Shown here: positions 24,001-32,898 of the stretch, in pieces | Position numbering within the stretch: position 1 is the stretch's first letter | How the letters are laid out: the number at the start of each line of letters is the position of its first letter | IMG/VR virus record: IMGVR_UViG_3300038393_001290 | Span: 1-55,802 of that record | DNA: 55,802 nucleotides | From: a virus | Direction: 5' to 3' (one strand) | Translations under genes and position numbers: made by a program | Notes under the pieces: model-generated | The model's database searches: none | Seen by the model: the letters and a program-made list of their open reading frames with translations, nothing else | Told to the model about the DNA's origin: nothing

Positions 24001-24123
24001 TCAAGGCAGGGCAGGCAAGGCACGGCGAGGCGCGGATAGGCAAGGCCACGCGCGGTAAGGCTTGGCTCGTCTAGTCAAGGCTGCAATGGGAGGCGGTCGG
24101 GGAAGCTCGGCCGCCTTCTTCCT

Positions 24124-24159
24124 GCGCCCCACTGAGAAGTCACTCACGCATTCTAGAGT
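24124..24159 (+). promoter_or_regulatory. Late promoter-like element, copy 8 (fibre/ejection operon)
   Basis: GCGCCCCA-CTGAGA-16 nt-TAGAGT; about 80-nt leader, GAGGG SD before TTG 24240. Confidence 0.6.
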
Positions 24160-24239
24160 GCAGTTCTGACCCGCTGCGACACCGCGTTTTCGCGACGAGC
24201 CCTCGGCGGTCTGAAGCAGATCAGTGCTGAGGGCGCAAG

Positions 24240-25619
24240 TTGTCGAAAAAGGGCGGGAACGTTCAGCCGGTCGATCCGGTCAAGACGGCGCAGGCGCAGT
24301 CGCAGGCCAACATCGAGACGGCCCGCGAGCAGCAGAGATTGAACATGATCAATACGTCCGGCCCGCAAGGGGCCGTGACGTATCAGGCCGACCCGAACGC
24401 GCCCGGCGGCTACTCTCAGACGACCACGCTCTCTCCCGCCGAACAGGCCATCTACGACAAGAGCAAGGCTGCGGAGTCCGGCGCCCTCGACACGGCGACG
24501 ACGCAGCTCGGCCGGGTCAACGACGCGCTGGCCACGCCGCTTTCGACCGAGGGGCTTCCACAGCTTAGCGGCGGGGTCGATCTCTCCGGCCTGCATCCGG
24601 GCCAGATCCAGTCCAGCTTCAACACCGGCCAGCCGCTGCAATACAGCTTCAATCCGGGCCAAGCGGTGCTGGGTGACGTGGGGGGCGACCTCGGCGTTGC
24701 CCGTCAGCAAGCCATAGACGCGGTGTATGGCCAAGCGACCTCGCGCCTTGATCCCCGCTTTGCCCAGGACGAGAACGCCCTTCGCACCAAGCTCGCCAAC
24801 CAGGGCTTGAGCCAGAACGACACGGCCTATCAAACGGCCCTGCAGAACTTCCAGCAGGGCCGCAACGACGCCTACAATCAGGCGCAGTATTCGGCCATTG
24901 GAGCGGGCGAAGACGCGGCCACCGCGCTGTTCGGCCGTCAGGTCCAGCAAGGCCAGTTCCACAACCAGGCCGCCAACCAGCAGTACGCCCAGAACCAGGG
25001 TCAGGCGGCGTTCCACAACGCCACCGCCGGCCAGGACTTCGGGCAGAACCAAAGCGCGGCGCAGTTCGCCAACGCGGCGGAGGCTCAGCGCTTTGGCGAG
25101 GCGCAGAGCGCGGCGCAGACCGCGCTTCAGAACGCCCAACTACAGAACACCGCCCGGCAGCAAGGCTTGCAAGAGAGGGCGTACATTCAGAACACCCCGA
25201 TCAACCAGTTTACCGGCCTCTTGGGGCTCGGGCAGGTTGGGATGCCCCAAGGCATCCAGTACAGCCCAACGCAGGTTGCGCCGACCGATGTGCTCGGGGC
25301 CTACGCGCTCAACCAGCAAGGCCAGCTCGCCAACGCGCAGATGAAGCAGCAGGCCAATTCCGGCCTCATGGGCGGCCTGTTCTCGCTCGGCTCGGCCGCG
25401 ATGATGGCCTCCGACCGCCGGCTGAAGACCGATGTTCACCTGATCCGCCGCCGCAAGGATGGCGTGGGCGTCTACCGCTTCCGGTACATCGGCAGCGACG
25501 TTCCGCACATCGGCGTCATGGCCCAGGAGCTGAAGAAGGTCCGGCCGGACCTCGTGGTCAAGCGCGCCGATGGGTTCCTGGCGGTCGATTACAGCGCCCT
25601 TGATCTGGAGGCTGCGTGA
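24240..25619 (+). CDS. Tail fibre/spike-like protein with C-terminal peptidase S74 intramolecular chaperone domain
   Basis: Q/N/A-rich body; C-terminal SDRRLKTDVHLI...GVYRFRY...HIGVMAQEL...AVDYSAL is the S74 autoproteolytic chaperone signature. Confidence 0.75.
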   Translation: MSKKGGNVQPVDPVKTAQAQSQANIETAREQQRLNMINTSGPQGAVTYQADPNAPGGYSQTTTLSPAEQAIYDKSKAAESGALDTATTQLGRVNDALATPLSTEGLPQLSGGVDLSGLHPGQIQSSFNTGQPLQYSFNPGQAVLGDVGGDLGVARQQAIDAVYGQATSRLDPRFAQDENALRTKLANQGLSQNDTAYQTALQNFQQGRNDAYNQAQYSAIGAGEDAATALFGRQVQQGQFHNQAANQQYAQNQGQAAFHNATAGQDFGQNQSAAQFANAAEAQRFGEAQSAAQTALQNAQLQNTARQQGLQERAYIQNTPINQFTGLLGLGQVGMPQGIQYSPTQVAPTDVLGAYALNQQGQLANAQMKQQANSGLMGGLFSLGSAAMMASDRRLKTDVHLIRRRKDGVGVYRFRYIGSDVPHIGVMAQELKKVRPDLVVKRADGFLAVDYSALDLEAA

Positions 25620-26326
25620 TGGCTACGGCATCCAAGCCCGCTGGGGTGGCGGCCCCCCTTGCCGCGGCCGTCAGCGCTGGCGTCAACCCCAAAGTCGCGC
25701 AACAGGCCTATGGCCGCAGTCAGTACCTCGCCCAGGTGCTGGCGGCGCTACAGCAGAACGGCGGCCAGAACATCCGGTCTCCCGCCCAGCTCGGCCTCAA
25801 CCTGCTGGCCATGGCTGTTGCGTCCCACGGAAAGCGGAGCGCCGACCAGGGCGTGGCTGAAATCCAGCGCCAGATCGCCGCGCAGCTCTATCCAAACGAT
25901 CAGCGGGCCCAACTCCTTTATCTCACTTCGCCCGAGGATATGGCGAAGGCGGCGGCGCAGGCTTACGCGCCGATGGCCGTCCGGGCGGGTGAGACCGTCA
26001 CCTACGGCCAGGGCGGCCCGACTTACACGGCTCCGATCCTACGCGATGATGGTGGAGTGTTTGGGAACCAGACGCTTGAGGGCTTCACCCCGACCGGCAC
26101 GCGGCAGATGAACTATGGCGAGCAGACGAGCGCTGCCCAGCAGCAAGAGGCGGCGCGCCACAATCTCGCGACGGAGAAGATCGACAGCGCGGATGCGGCG
26201 ATCCGTCAGGGGATGCTTGAGGTCGCGCTGAAGAACGCCGGCACCCAAGCCGGGCAACTCAACCTGGCGCAGACGAACTCGCCGCAGTTCGCTCCGCCGC
26301 CGCGCTTTACGGAGCGCGTGCGATGA
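25616..26326 (+). CDS. Internal virion/ejection-like protein (236 aa)
   Basis: Coupled (GTGA) to the fibre gene; A/Q-rich; role inferred from position. Confidence 0.5.
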   Translation: MMATASKPAGVAAPLAAAVSAGVNPKVAQQAYGRSQYLAQVLAALQQNGGQNIRSPAQLGLNLLAMAVASHGKRSADQGVAEIQRQIAAQLYPNDQRAQLLYLTSPEDMAKAAAQAYAPMAVRAGETVTYGQGGPTYTAPILRDDGGVFGNQTLEGFTPTGTRQMNYGEQTSAAQQQEAARHNLATEKIDSADAAIRQGMLEVALKNAGTQAGQLNLAQTNSPQFAPPPRFTERVR

Positions 26327-27138
26327 GCGGTTATCCGATTGGATCGGTCCTCCGCGACCCGCGGACCGGAGAGCAAATCGAGCTCACCGAAAAGGGTTGG
26401 GTCACGCACGGCCAGCAGATGCCGCTTCCCGAGGCGGATCAGGACGCCATGAAGCGCCTCCATCAGGATGCGCTCGATACGCAGTATCTGGACCAGAAGG
26501 CGCAGCAGTTCATCCAAGGAATGGATCCGCAGAAGCCAGGGCAGGGCAGCTTCGCTACCGGCCCCATCTACAAGCCGGGCCCTCACATTCCACTCGTTGA
26601 CATTCAACTGCCCAATCCGGTGCATGGTATCGTGGGCGCTCAAGACCCGCGTCTCGGCAATCTGGAATCGATCACCAACCAGACGTGGGTGCATATGCGC
26701 CCGGAGGGCTCTGGCGCGATTCGCGGCTACGAGGCCGGCGACTTCAAGCGGGCCTTCCCGAATGTGGAACAGTGGGGACCGGCAAACCAGGAAATCGCCG
26801 CACGCCTGCATCAAGACGCGCTGATCGCCTCGCAGAAGCTTCAGTTCATCGACAGCTTCATCCGTTCGGGTCACGGCGACTACGCGGCGGCCAACGCCGC
26901 GTGGCAGGCGAACTTCGGCAACCCGCAAGCCGCCGCTGCTGCGGGTCCACAAGCCGCCCAGGCTGGCCCGCCTCCGATCCAGCCGCCACAGCCCGATCCC
27001 ATCGGCAACGTCTACACGGGCGGCGATCCGCGCAACCCCGGCAGCTACGCCGCGCCGCAGCCGCCACCGCCCCAGCAGGCCCAGCCCGCACCCCCGGCTG
27101 TGCTCAACTGGACGCCTGACAAGGGGCTTCACCCGTGA
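26323..27138 (+). CDS. Internal virion/ejection-like protein (271 aa)
   Basis: ATGA overlap; P/Q-rich C-terminus; role inferred from position. Confidence 0.5.
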   Translation: MSGYPIGSVLRDPRTGEQIELTEKGWVTHGQQMPLPEADQDAMKRLHQDALDTQYLDQKAQQFIQGMDPQKPGQGSFATGPIYKPGPHIPLVDIQLPNPVHGIVGAQDPRLGNLESITNQTWVHMRPEGSGAIRGYEAGDFKRAFPNVEQWGPANQEIAARLHQDALIASQKLQFIDSFIRSGHGDYAAANAAWQANFGNPQAAAAAGPQAAQAGPPPIQPPQPDPIGNVYTGGDPRNPGSYAAPQPPPPQQAQPAPPAVLNWTPDKGLHP

Positions 27139-29531
27139 CCGTGCAAGTCCGCGCGCCGGACGGCACGATCATCCGGTTTCCGGACGGCACCCCGCCCGCG
27201 ACCATCAATCAGGTGATGGGCCAATATCACGCCCAAGCCCTCGCTCTTGCTGATGCTCGAGCGAAGATGGCTGGCTCGGGCCCGCTGGTGGCCTTCGCCA
27301 ATGGACGCGCCTTCAACTTCGCCCCGGAAATCAGCGGCGCTGTGGCGGCCTTCGACACGGCCGGCAACAACCTCGTCCATACCCTGAAGGGCGAGCCGAA
27401 GCCCTACGGGGCGGCGGATATGTACCATGCCACCGCCCAGGCCACCCGCGAGGAAGGGGCCAAATACGCGGCCCAGCATCCTGGGGTGAACCTTGCGCTG
27501 AATGTCACGGGGGCTGCTGGAAATCCCGCCAATGTCGCGGCGGGGAAGTATGTCGCGGCGGCGGGCAAAGTGCTTCCGGCGATCGGACGCAGCGCGGCGA
27601 CCGGCGCGGCTCTAGGCGCGGGCTATGGCGCGGGATCTGGTGGGCCTGGGGGGCGCGCCCAAGGGGCCACGCAAGGCGCGGCGACGGGGGCTGCGGTGGG
27701 CGTCGCGCTGCCCGTGGCGGGGGCGGCGGCCGAGCGCGTCGCTGGTGGCGTGGCGGGCGCGGGGCGGAATATCGCCCGCGCCGCAGGAGTGGCGAAGCCT
27801 GCCGACGTCGCGCGTCAGCGTTTGGCCGCTGCCGTGGCGAAAGACATCAAGGCCGGTGTCGATCCGCAAGCGGCTCTCGCGAACTGGCCTGGGGAGTCCC
27901 GGCCGACGCTCGCCGACGTGGGTGGCGAGAACGTCCGAGCCACAGTCCGAGACGCGGGCTCGCAAGGTCCCGCTCGGCAAACCCTGACCCAATACCGAGA
28001 CAGGGTGGCCGCCGACCTTCAAGACAACGCCATTGCGCTCACGAACCGCCTGACGCCGAACGACGCGCGCCCCGGATCGGCTGTCGCCTCCGATATTGAG
28101 CGGCGGATTGCAGACGCCTCCACGCCGCCCGTCACCGCGACGCCGGGGCAGGGCGGAGCGTTGCTATCCCAGGCGCTGAACGAGCGAGCTGCACAAGCGC
28201 GGCAGGCGGTGGACGATGCCTACGCCGCCGCTCGAGCGGCCAACCCCGAACAGGCGCAACTTCCCAAGAGCGCCATTGGCCATCTGACCGCGTCGGTGCG
28301 TGAGGCGGTGGCCGACTACGCGCCCAGTTCGACGCCGAACGTCCGCAGCGTGCTTTCGCGACTGGACGCGCTCAACGCCCCCACGGCGCGCGACCTGTTT
28401 GAGATCCGATCGCAGCTCAGCAATCTCCGCGTCGGCGCTCCATCGCCCGAGACAGCCGCGGCGAGCCGCGCTGTGGGGGCTCTGGACGCCCAGATCAACA
28501 GCGCCCTGGATGGCGGTCTGTTCACCGGCGACCCCAGCGTGGTTCGGCTCTGGCAGAACGCCAACGCACTGCGCCGGAGCTACGGCCAGCAGTTCGAAGG
28601 CGGCGACCTCATCCACGATCTGACGGCGCAGGATTATCGCGGCGGTGGCCGCAACCTCGTGATCGCCCCGGAGGATGCGAGCAACGCCATCCTCGGCCGC
28701 AACGGGGTGAATCCCCGCGCCAACCTGACCCGCGATTTCGGGCGCGTCGTGGATCTGCTGGGCGACAATCACCCAGCAGTTCAGGCGGTGCGCAACGAGG
28801 CGGCCTCGCGCCTCCTGTCCGCTGATGCGGGCTCTCCGGACTACGGGACGGCCTTCCAGACCTTCCAGCAGAACAACCCAGCCGTGGCCGGCGCATTGCT
28901 GCCCGATCTGACGGACCCGATCACCTCGAGCCGGGCGGCCATTGCTCGGGCGCTCACCGATCAGCGCGCTCTAGACGCCTCCGGCCGCGTGCTGAATGCC
29001 GCCCCGGATGCCTACGTCACCGCATTCGGCGACGCGAACCCCGCGGGAAATGTTTCGCAAGTCGGCGCGCGCCAGGCGCTCATCGACGCGATCGGTCGCC
29101 CGACCGAAGGTGCGGTGGGCGCGCTCAATCGGATTTCCACCGCGACCAACCCAGGCCAGAACCTCAGCGCCACCTTCGGGGCCGACACGGCAGACAATTA
29201 TCGCCAAGCCCTGGCGGCGGAAATCTCGCGCATGAGCAACGCGAACTACATGGCCCCGAACACCGGAAGCCAGACCGCCAGCAAGAGCCAAGACCTGATC
29301 GCCGCGTTGCTGCATGGCGGTCACGCCGTTGCCGGCTTCGCCAAAAACCTCATCGGGGGCGGCCCCCTCACGGACGCCGAGCGCTCGGCCATCGTCTCTC
29401 CGGCGATTGACGATCTGCACGATGAAGTGCTGCAAGCGCTTCTGAGGGCCAAGGCCGCGCCGGTCCTTCTCCCCGCCGCCTCCTATGCAGCGCCCACGCT
29501 TTCGGCCGTCAGTGCCGGAGCGGGAAGATAG
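27135..29531 (+). CDS. Large internal virion/ejection-like protein (798 aa, A/G-rich)
   Basis: GTGA overlap; largest late protein; no enzymatic motif recognised. Confidence 0.55.
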   Translation: MTVQVRAPDGTIIRFPDGTPPATINQVMGQYHAQALALADARAKMAGSGPLVAFANGRAFNFAPEISGAVAAFDTAGNNLVHTLKGEPKPYGAADMYHATAQATREEGAKYAAQHPGVNLALNVTGAAGNPANVAAGKYVAAAGKVLPAIGRSAATGAALGAGYGAGSGGPGGRAQGATQGAATGAAVGVALPVAGAAAERVAGGVAGAGRNIARAAGVAKPADVARQRLAAAVAKDIKAGVDPQAALANWPGESRPTLADVGGENVRATVRDAGSQGPARQTLTQYRDRVAADLQDNAIALTNRLTPNDARPGSAVASDIERRIADASTPPVTATPGQGGALLSQALNERAAQARQAVDDAYAAARAANPEQAQLPKSAIGHLTASVREAVADYAPSSTPNVRSVLSRLDALNAPTARDLFEIRSQLSNLRVGAPSPETAAASRAVGALDAQINSALDGGLFTGDPSVVRLWQNANALRRSYGQQFEGGDLIHDLTAQDYRGGGRNLVIAPEDASNAILGRNGVNPRANLTRDFGRVVDLLGDNHPAVQAVRNEAASRLLSADAGSPDYGTAFQTFQQNNPAVAGALLPDLTDPITSSRAAIARALTDQRALDASGRVLNAAPDAYVTAFGDANPAGNVSQVGARQALIDAIGRPTEGAVGALNRISTATNPGQNLSATFGADTADNYRQALAAEISRMSNANYMAPNTGSQTASKSQDLIAALLHGGHAVAGFAKNLIGGGPLTDAERSAIVSPAIDDLHDEVLQALLRAKAAPVLLPAASYAAPTLSAVSAGAGR

Positions 29532-29727
29532 CTTGGCCGAGCCAGTGCGCCCCGATCCACGCCCCAGTCATGATCGAGAGCCAGACCACGACGTACACCA
29601 CGCGGGGGATGAAGCCCCATGTGTGCCAGCTTGGCGGCAGCCCCAGGCCGTTCCAGCTTTGCGGGGCAGGCTCTCCGACGACGGTGAATTCCGCGTCGAT
29701 GATCTCGGGGTTTCTCACGTTCACCAT
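29509..29727 (-). CDS. Small membrane protein (72 aa), antisense to the late operon
   Basis: Very GC-rich third positions; FIPRVVYVVVWLSIMTGAWIGAHWL transmembrane segment. Upstream TTGAAC-17-CAGAAT overlaps the ATG, so GTG 29718 is an alternative leaderless start. Confidence 0.55.
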   Translation of the reverse strand: MVNVRNPEIIDAEFTVVGEPAPQSWNGLGLPPSWHTWGFIPRVVYVVVWLSIMTGAWIGAHWLGQAIFPLRH

Positions 29728-29858
29728 TCTGCGCCCACCTACGGCGCAGTTCAAGTTCTGCTGCGCCCTGCTCTCCGGCGGCAGTGGAAAGGCGCGCGCT
29801 GCGGCCTCCCCAAGCGCTACGCGGCGCGCGCCACCCCAATCCAAGCGGAGGCTCAGCC

Positions 29859-30116
29859 ATGAGCGACAGACAGACCGTGGCCGGAGCCTACGCCAAGATC
29901 GAGGCCCACGAAGATCTCTGCGCCGAGCGCTACTCCAACATCCACGACAAGCTCGGCGAGCTTCGCGACGACGCGAAGAACACGGGCCGGCTGGTGGTAG
30001 GCGTGCTTCTGGCGCTCCTGGGCTGGATGGCCGTGCAGCTCTGGAACGGGCAGGCGGTCAATCCGCCGAGCAAAGCGCAGGCGCTCGCGACGGTCGTTGC
30101 GGCGGTTCCGAAGTGA
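29859..30116 (+). CDS. Membrane protein with N-terminal coiled region and one TM (85 aa)
   Basis: GGAGG SD; GRLVVGVLLALLGWMAVQLW transmembrane segment. Confidence 0.6.
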   Translation: MSDRQTVAGAYAKIEAHEDLCAERYSNIHDKLGELRDDAKNTGRLVVGVLLALLGWMAVQLWNGQAVNPPSKAQALATVVAAVPK

Positions 30117-30283
30117 CCCCAGAAGCCGTCTCCCGCTGGGTCGCCGAACAGATGGCTGACCACTGGCGACAGCTCAACAAGGAATATGCGCAGGCCCGCC
30201 GGAAGGACATCCGGAAAAGGGGTTTGAAGGTCAGGGCGCCCGATCCTGGCGAGCATGACGAGGCCGATCCGGAGAACGGATGA
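30113..30283 (+). CDS. Hypothetical 56-aa basic/acidic protein (GTG start)
   Basis: GTGA overlap upstream, ATGA overlap downstream. Confidence 0.45.
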   Translation: MTPEAVSRWVAEQMADHWRQLNKEYAQARRKDIRKRGLKVRAPDPGEHDEADPENG

Positions 30284-31470
30284 ACAAGCCGCTGAAGATC
30301 GACCCGCGCCTCAAGGAGTGGGCGACGGATCGCCAACTCGAACTCATTGATGCGCTGGAGAAGCACGGCAGCGCCAGCAAGGCCGGGGCAGCGCTCGGGG
30401 TTCATAAGTCCTATGTCGCGAGAACCCTGAAGGCCTTGGAGCGGAGAGCGGCCCGCGAGGGCTATGCGCCAGGTCACTGGGAGAGCGGCGTCGCCCCGGG
30501 TTATCGGATGGGCATGGTGACGATTGAGCGTCGCCAGGAAGACGGCACCCGTACCTGGGAGCGGCAGCACCCCGAGGCGGCGACACTCGAGGCCATGATC
30601 GAGCGGTGTGAGGAGCGCCTTCAGGATTTTCCGCGCTTCGAGGCTACTCCGGTTCCAGAGCCGTGCCCCGCGCCGCTGACCAACTTCCTCGGCCTGTTTG
30701 ATCTCCACATCGGCGAGAAGATCAGCTCGGACGATCCAGCCGGGCGCTGGGACATCGCAACGGCCAAGCAGACCATCATGGCCAGCGCGAGCCATGCGGT
30801 CCTGAACGCGCCCAAGGCCAAGCGACTAGTCCTGTGCTTCGGTGGCGATGCGGCACACTACGACGGGCTCGAGCCGGTCACGCCGCGCTCAAAGCACGTC
30901 CTGCACTCGGACGGCGACTTTGACGACATGGTGGATGCCGTGCTGGACGTGGCCGTGGGTGTCATCGACCTGGGACTTAGGACCCATCAAGAGGTTCACC
31001 TCATCTGGGCTGAGGGGAATCACGACCAGGCCTCCACGGTGTGGATGCGTAAGATGCTGGCCCGCATTTACGCGGACGAGCCGCGCCTGTCGGTCGTTCA
31101 GTCCAAGGTTCCCTATTACGCCCTGCTCTTCGGCAAGGTGATGATCTGCGTTCACCACGGCCACGGGGCAAAGCTGACCGATTACGCCGGCATCTTCGCA
31201 TCCCTGTTCCGCCAGATGTGGGGCCAGGCCGAGTACGCCTACTCGCACCGCGGTCACGAGCACCACATCCATGAGAAGGAGAAGGGCGGGATGCTATCGA
31301 CCCAACACCCGTCGCTCGCTCCCTCCGACGACTTCGCGCTCGGCAAGGGCCTGATCAGCCGGCGCGGCTGCATGATGATCACCTACCATGACGAGTACGG
31401 GGAGGTGGAGCGAAAGACCACCCGTCCAGAAATGCTCGGTGTTTTCCCGGCGCTCTCAGAAGCCGCCTGA
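30280..31470 (+). CDS. HTH domain fused to calcineurin-like metallophosphoesterase
   Basis: N-terminal sigma70-r4/LuxR-like HTH (ATDRQLELIDALEKHGSASKAGAALGVHKSYVARTLK); phosphoesterase motifs DLHIGE, GGDAAHYD, GNHD, HHGH, GHEHH. Confidence 0.7.
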   Translation: MNKPLKIDPRLKEWATDRQLELIDALEKHGSASKAGAALGVHKSYVARTLKALERRAAREGYAPGHWESGVAPGYRMGMVTIERRQEDGTRTWERQHPEAATLEAMIERCEERLQDFPRFEATPVPEPCPAPLTNFLGLFDLHIGEKISSDDPAGRWDIATAKQTIMASASHAVLNAPKAKRLVLCFGGDAAHYDGLEPVTPRSKHVLHSDGDFDDMVDAVLDVAVGVIDLGLRTHQEVHLIWAEGNHDQASTVWMRKMLARIYADEPRLSVVQSKVPYYALLFGKVMICVHHGHGAKLTDYAGIFASLFRQMWGQAEYAYSHRGHEHHIHEKEKGGMLSTQHPSLAPSDDFALGKGLISRRGCMMITYHDEYGEVERKTTRPEMLGVFPALSEAA

Positions 31471-31472
31471 CC

Positions 31473-31508
31473 GCTCCCGGCTGAGAAGGGCTGGGCAAGC
31501 TGCACAAT
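31473..31508 (+). promoter_or_regulatory. Late promoter-like element, copy 9 (lysis cassette)
   Basis: GCTCCCGG-CTGAGA-16 nt-CACAAT; GGAGGG SD before ATG 31526. Confidence 0.6.
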
Positions 31509-31525
31509 CCGGGTTGGAGGGTCGA

Positions 31526-31606
31526 ATGACCGAATCCTTCATCCTCGCGGCCGGCCTTCTGGCGCTCGCCCTCTGGCTCATCGCCACTGAGGGGAAACGC
31601 CCGTGA
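31526..31606 (+). CDS. 26-aa hydrophobic peptide
   Basis: MTESFILAAGLLALALWLIATEGKRP; good SD; stop overlaps the next GTG start. Confidence 0.4.
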   Translation: MTESFILAAGLLALALWLIATEGKRP

Positions 31607-31872
31607 GCTGGTGGGACCATGCCAAGGCGTGGCTGTTTCCTGCTTGGCTGAAGCACCTGATCACCGAGCGGGACAACTCCACGCCGGATGCCAAGCGCAT
31701 CATCGCGCTCGCCGGGACCGTCGAATACCTCTGGCTCCCGATCCATAGCGTGGTGATCAACCACTCACCGATGGACTTCCAGAGCTATGCGCTGGGCCTT
31801 GCGGCGATCCTGACGAGCGTCGGGGCGATGCTGGGGTTGGCGGCGAGTTCGGAGCGTCCGCCCAATGGCTAG
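31603..31872 (+). CDS. Holin candidate (89 aa)
   Basis: Hydrophobic segments (IIALAGTVEYLWLPI, ALGLAAILTSVGAMLGLAA); immediately upstream of and overlapping the endolysin gene. Confidence 0.5.
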   Translation: MSWWDHAKAWLFPAWLKHLITERDNSTPDAKRIIALAGTVEYLWLPIHSVVINHSPMDFQSYALGLAAILTSVGAMLGLAASSERPPNG

Positions 31873-32347
31873 CCGGGCTCAGAAGTCGGCTGCGGTCATC
31901 GGCGCGTCGCTCCTGGCGGCCTCGGCGGCTAGCAGCCTGGTTGTCGAGTGGGAAGGCTGGGTCACGAAGGTTGGCCCCGATCCGATCGGCATTCCCACAG
32001 GCTGCGCAGGCGTCACCAAAGGTGTGAGGCCGGGACAGGTTCTCACCGATGCCCAATGCCAGCAGATGACCGCGCAGGCCTTGACTGAGCACGCGGTCGG
32101 CATCGCGCAATGCCTGCCGGACAAGCTGCCCAACGACACCCGGGCGGCGTTCGTGAGCCTTTCGTACAACCTGGGCGTGGCGGGGTTCTGCTCGTCCAAG
32201 GTGGCGAAGCTGGCGCGTGAGGGGCGGCTAGGCGAGGCGTGCGGGGCACTGAACCTGTATGTCTACGCCGGCAAGCAAAAGCTGCCGGGCCTTGTCACTA
32301 GGCGGGCTGCTGAAGCGGCCCTGTGCTGGAAGGGGCTGCGCTCGTGA
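31865..32347 (+). CDS. SAR endolysin (GH24 / T4-type lysozyme with signal-anchor-release N-terminus)
   Basis: N-terminal AAVIGASLLAASAASSLVV, then the EWEG...DPIGIPTGCAGVT catalytic E-D-T pattern. Confidence 0.8.
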   Translation: MASRAQKSAAVIGASLLAASAASSLVVEWEGWVTKVGPDPIGIPTGCAGVTKGVRPGQVLTDAQCQQMTAQALTEHAVGIAQCLPDKLPNDTRAAFVSLSYNLGVAGFCSSKVAKLAREGRLGEACGALNLYVYAGKQKLPGLVTRRAAEAALCWKGLRS

Positions 32348-32490
32348 GGTGGTCGCCCCCGTTCGTGGTCGGCTCCGTCCTGCTGCTGATCGTGGCCGGC
32401 GCTGCGGTGGCGTGGCTTCCGCGAGCTGAGGCCTGGGCTGCGCTGGGTCAGATCGCTGTCGCTGCGGCGAAGATGGTGGGGGCGGGATGA
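32344..32490 (+). CDS. 48-aa membrane protein (GTG start)
   Basis: PPFVVGSVLLLIVAGAAVAWL; GTGA and ATGA overlaps at its ends. Confidence 0.45.
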   Translation: MRWSPPFVVGSVLLLIVAGAAVAWLPRAEAWAALGQIAVAAAKMVGAG

Positions 32491-32612
32491 GCCACGTCAT
32501 CGACTTCCTGGCCGGCTACGCCTGTGGAGTGCTCTGTGTCTTTGGAGTGCTGGGGTTTGCTGTGGTTTGGGCGAGGTGGGTCGCTGGGCGATGGCTGAAC
32601 GGGGTGGGTTGA
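32487..32612 (+). CDS. 41-aa membrane protein
   Basis: MSHVIDFLAGYACGVLCVFGVLGFAVVWARW. Confidence 0.45.
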   Translation: MSHVIDFLAGYACGVLCVFGVLGFAVVWARWVAGRWLNGVG

Positions 32613-32614
32613 TG

Positions 32615-32833
32615 TCAGGCTTCGCCGAGCAGCTTGGAGAGCCGCGGGAACCGCGGGCCTCCCCAGCTCTGGGGCAGCTTCACCGCGAAGTCCCGACAGC
32701 TCTGCACCATTGCCGCGGCGATGTCCCTGTGGCGGTCAAGCTCGCCCTTGGGGAAGCGCTTCCGTTCGCAGAGGTCTTCCACCGTCGCCAACTGGCATTC
32801 GGTGAAGTAGGCGAGCCGCGAAGCGAGGTCCAT
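32615..32833 (-). CDS. Hypothetical 72-aa protein, antisense gene inside the lysis cassette
   Basis: GC-rich third positions; own promoter on the minus strand, TTGAGA (32886-81)-17 nt-GATATT (32863-58). Confidence 0.6.
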   Translation of the reverse strand: MDLASRLAYFTECQLATVEDLCERKRFPKGELDRHRDIAAAMVQSCRDFAVKLPQSWGGPRFPRLSKLLGEA

Positions 32834-32898
32834 GTGGGACAGGTCTCTCACAGAGAGAATATCCCACGAACATCGTTGAATCTCAAGCGGATTTTGCT

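Noticed and set aside
24153-27132. Minus-strand ORFs 24153-25139 and 26206-27132
   Set aside because: They are antisense to the fibre and ejection genes, with low-complexity R/L/G translations.
29485-30283. Plus-strand ORFs 29485-29862 and 29570-30283
   Set aside because: The translations are Arg/Pro-rich. The region is better explained by the minus-strand membrane gene 29509-29727 plus the SD-supported plus genes starting at 29859 and 30113.
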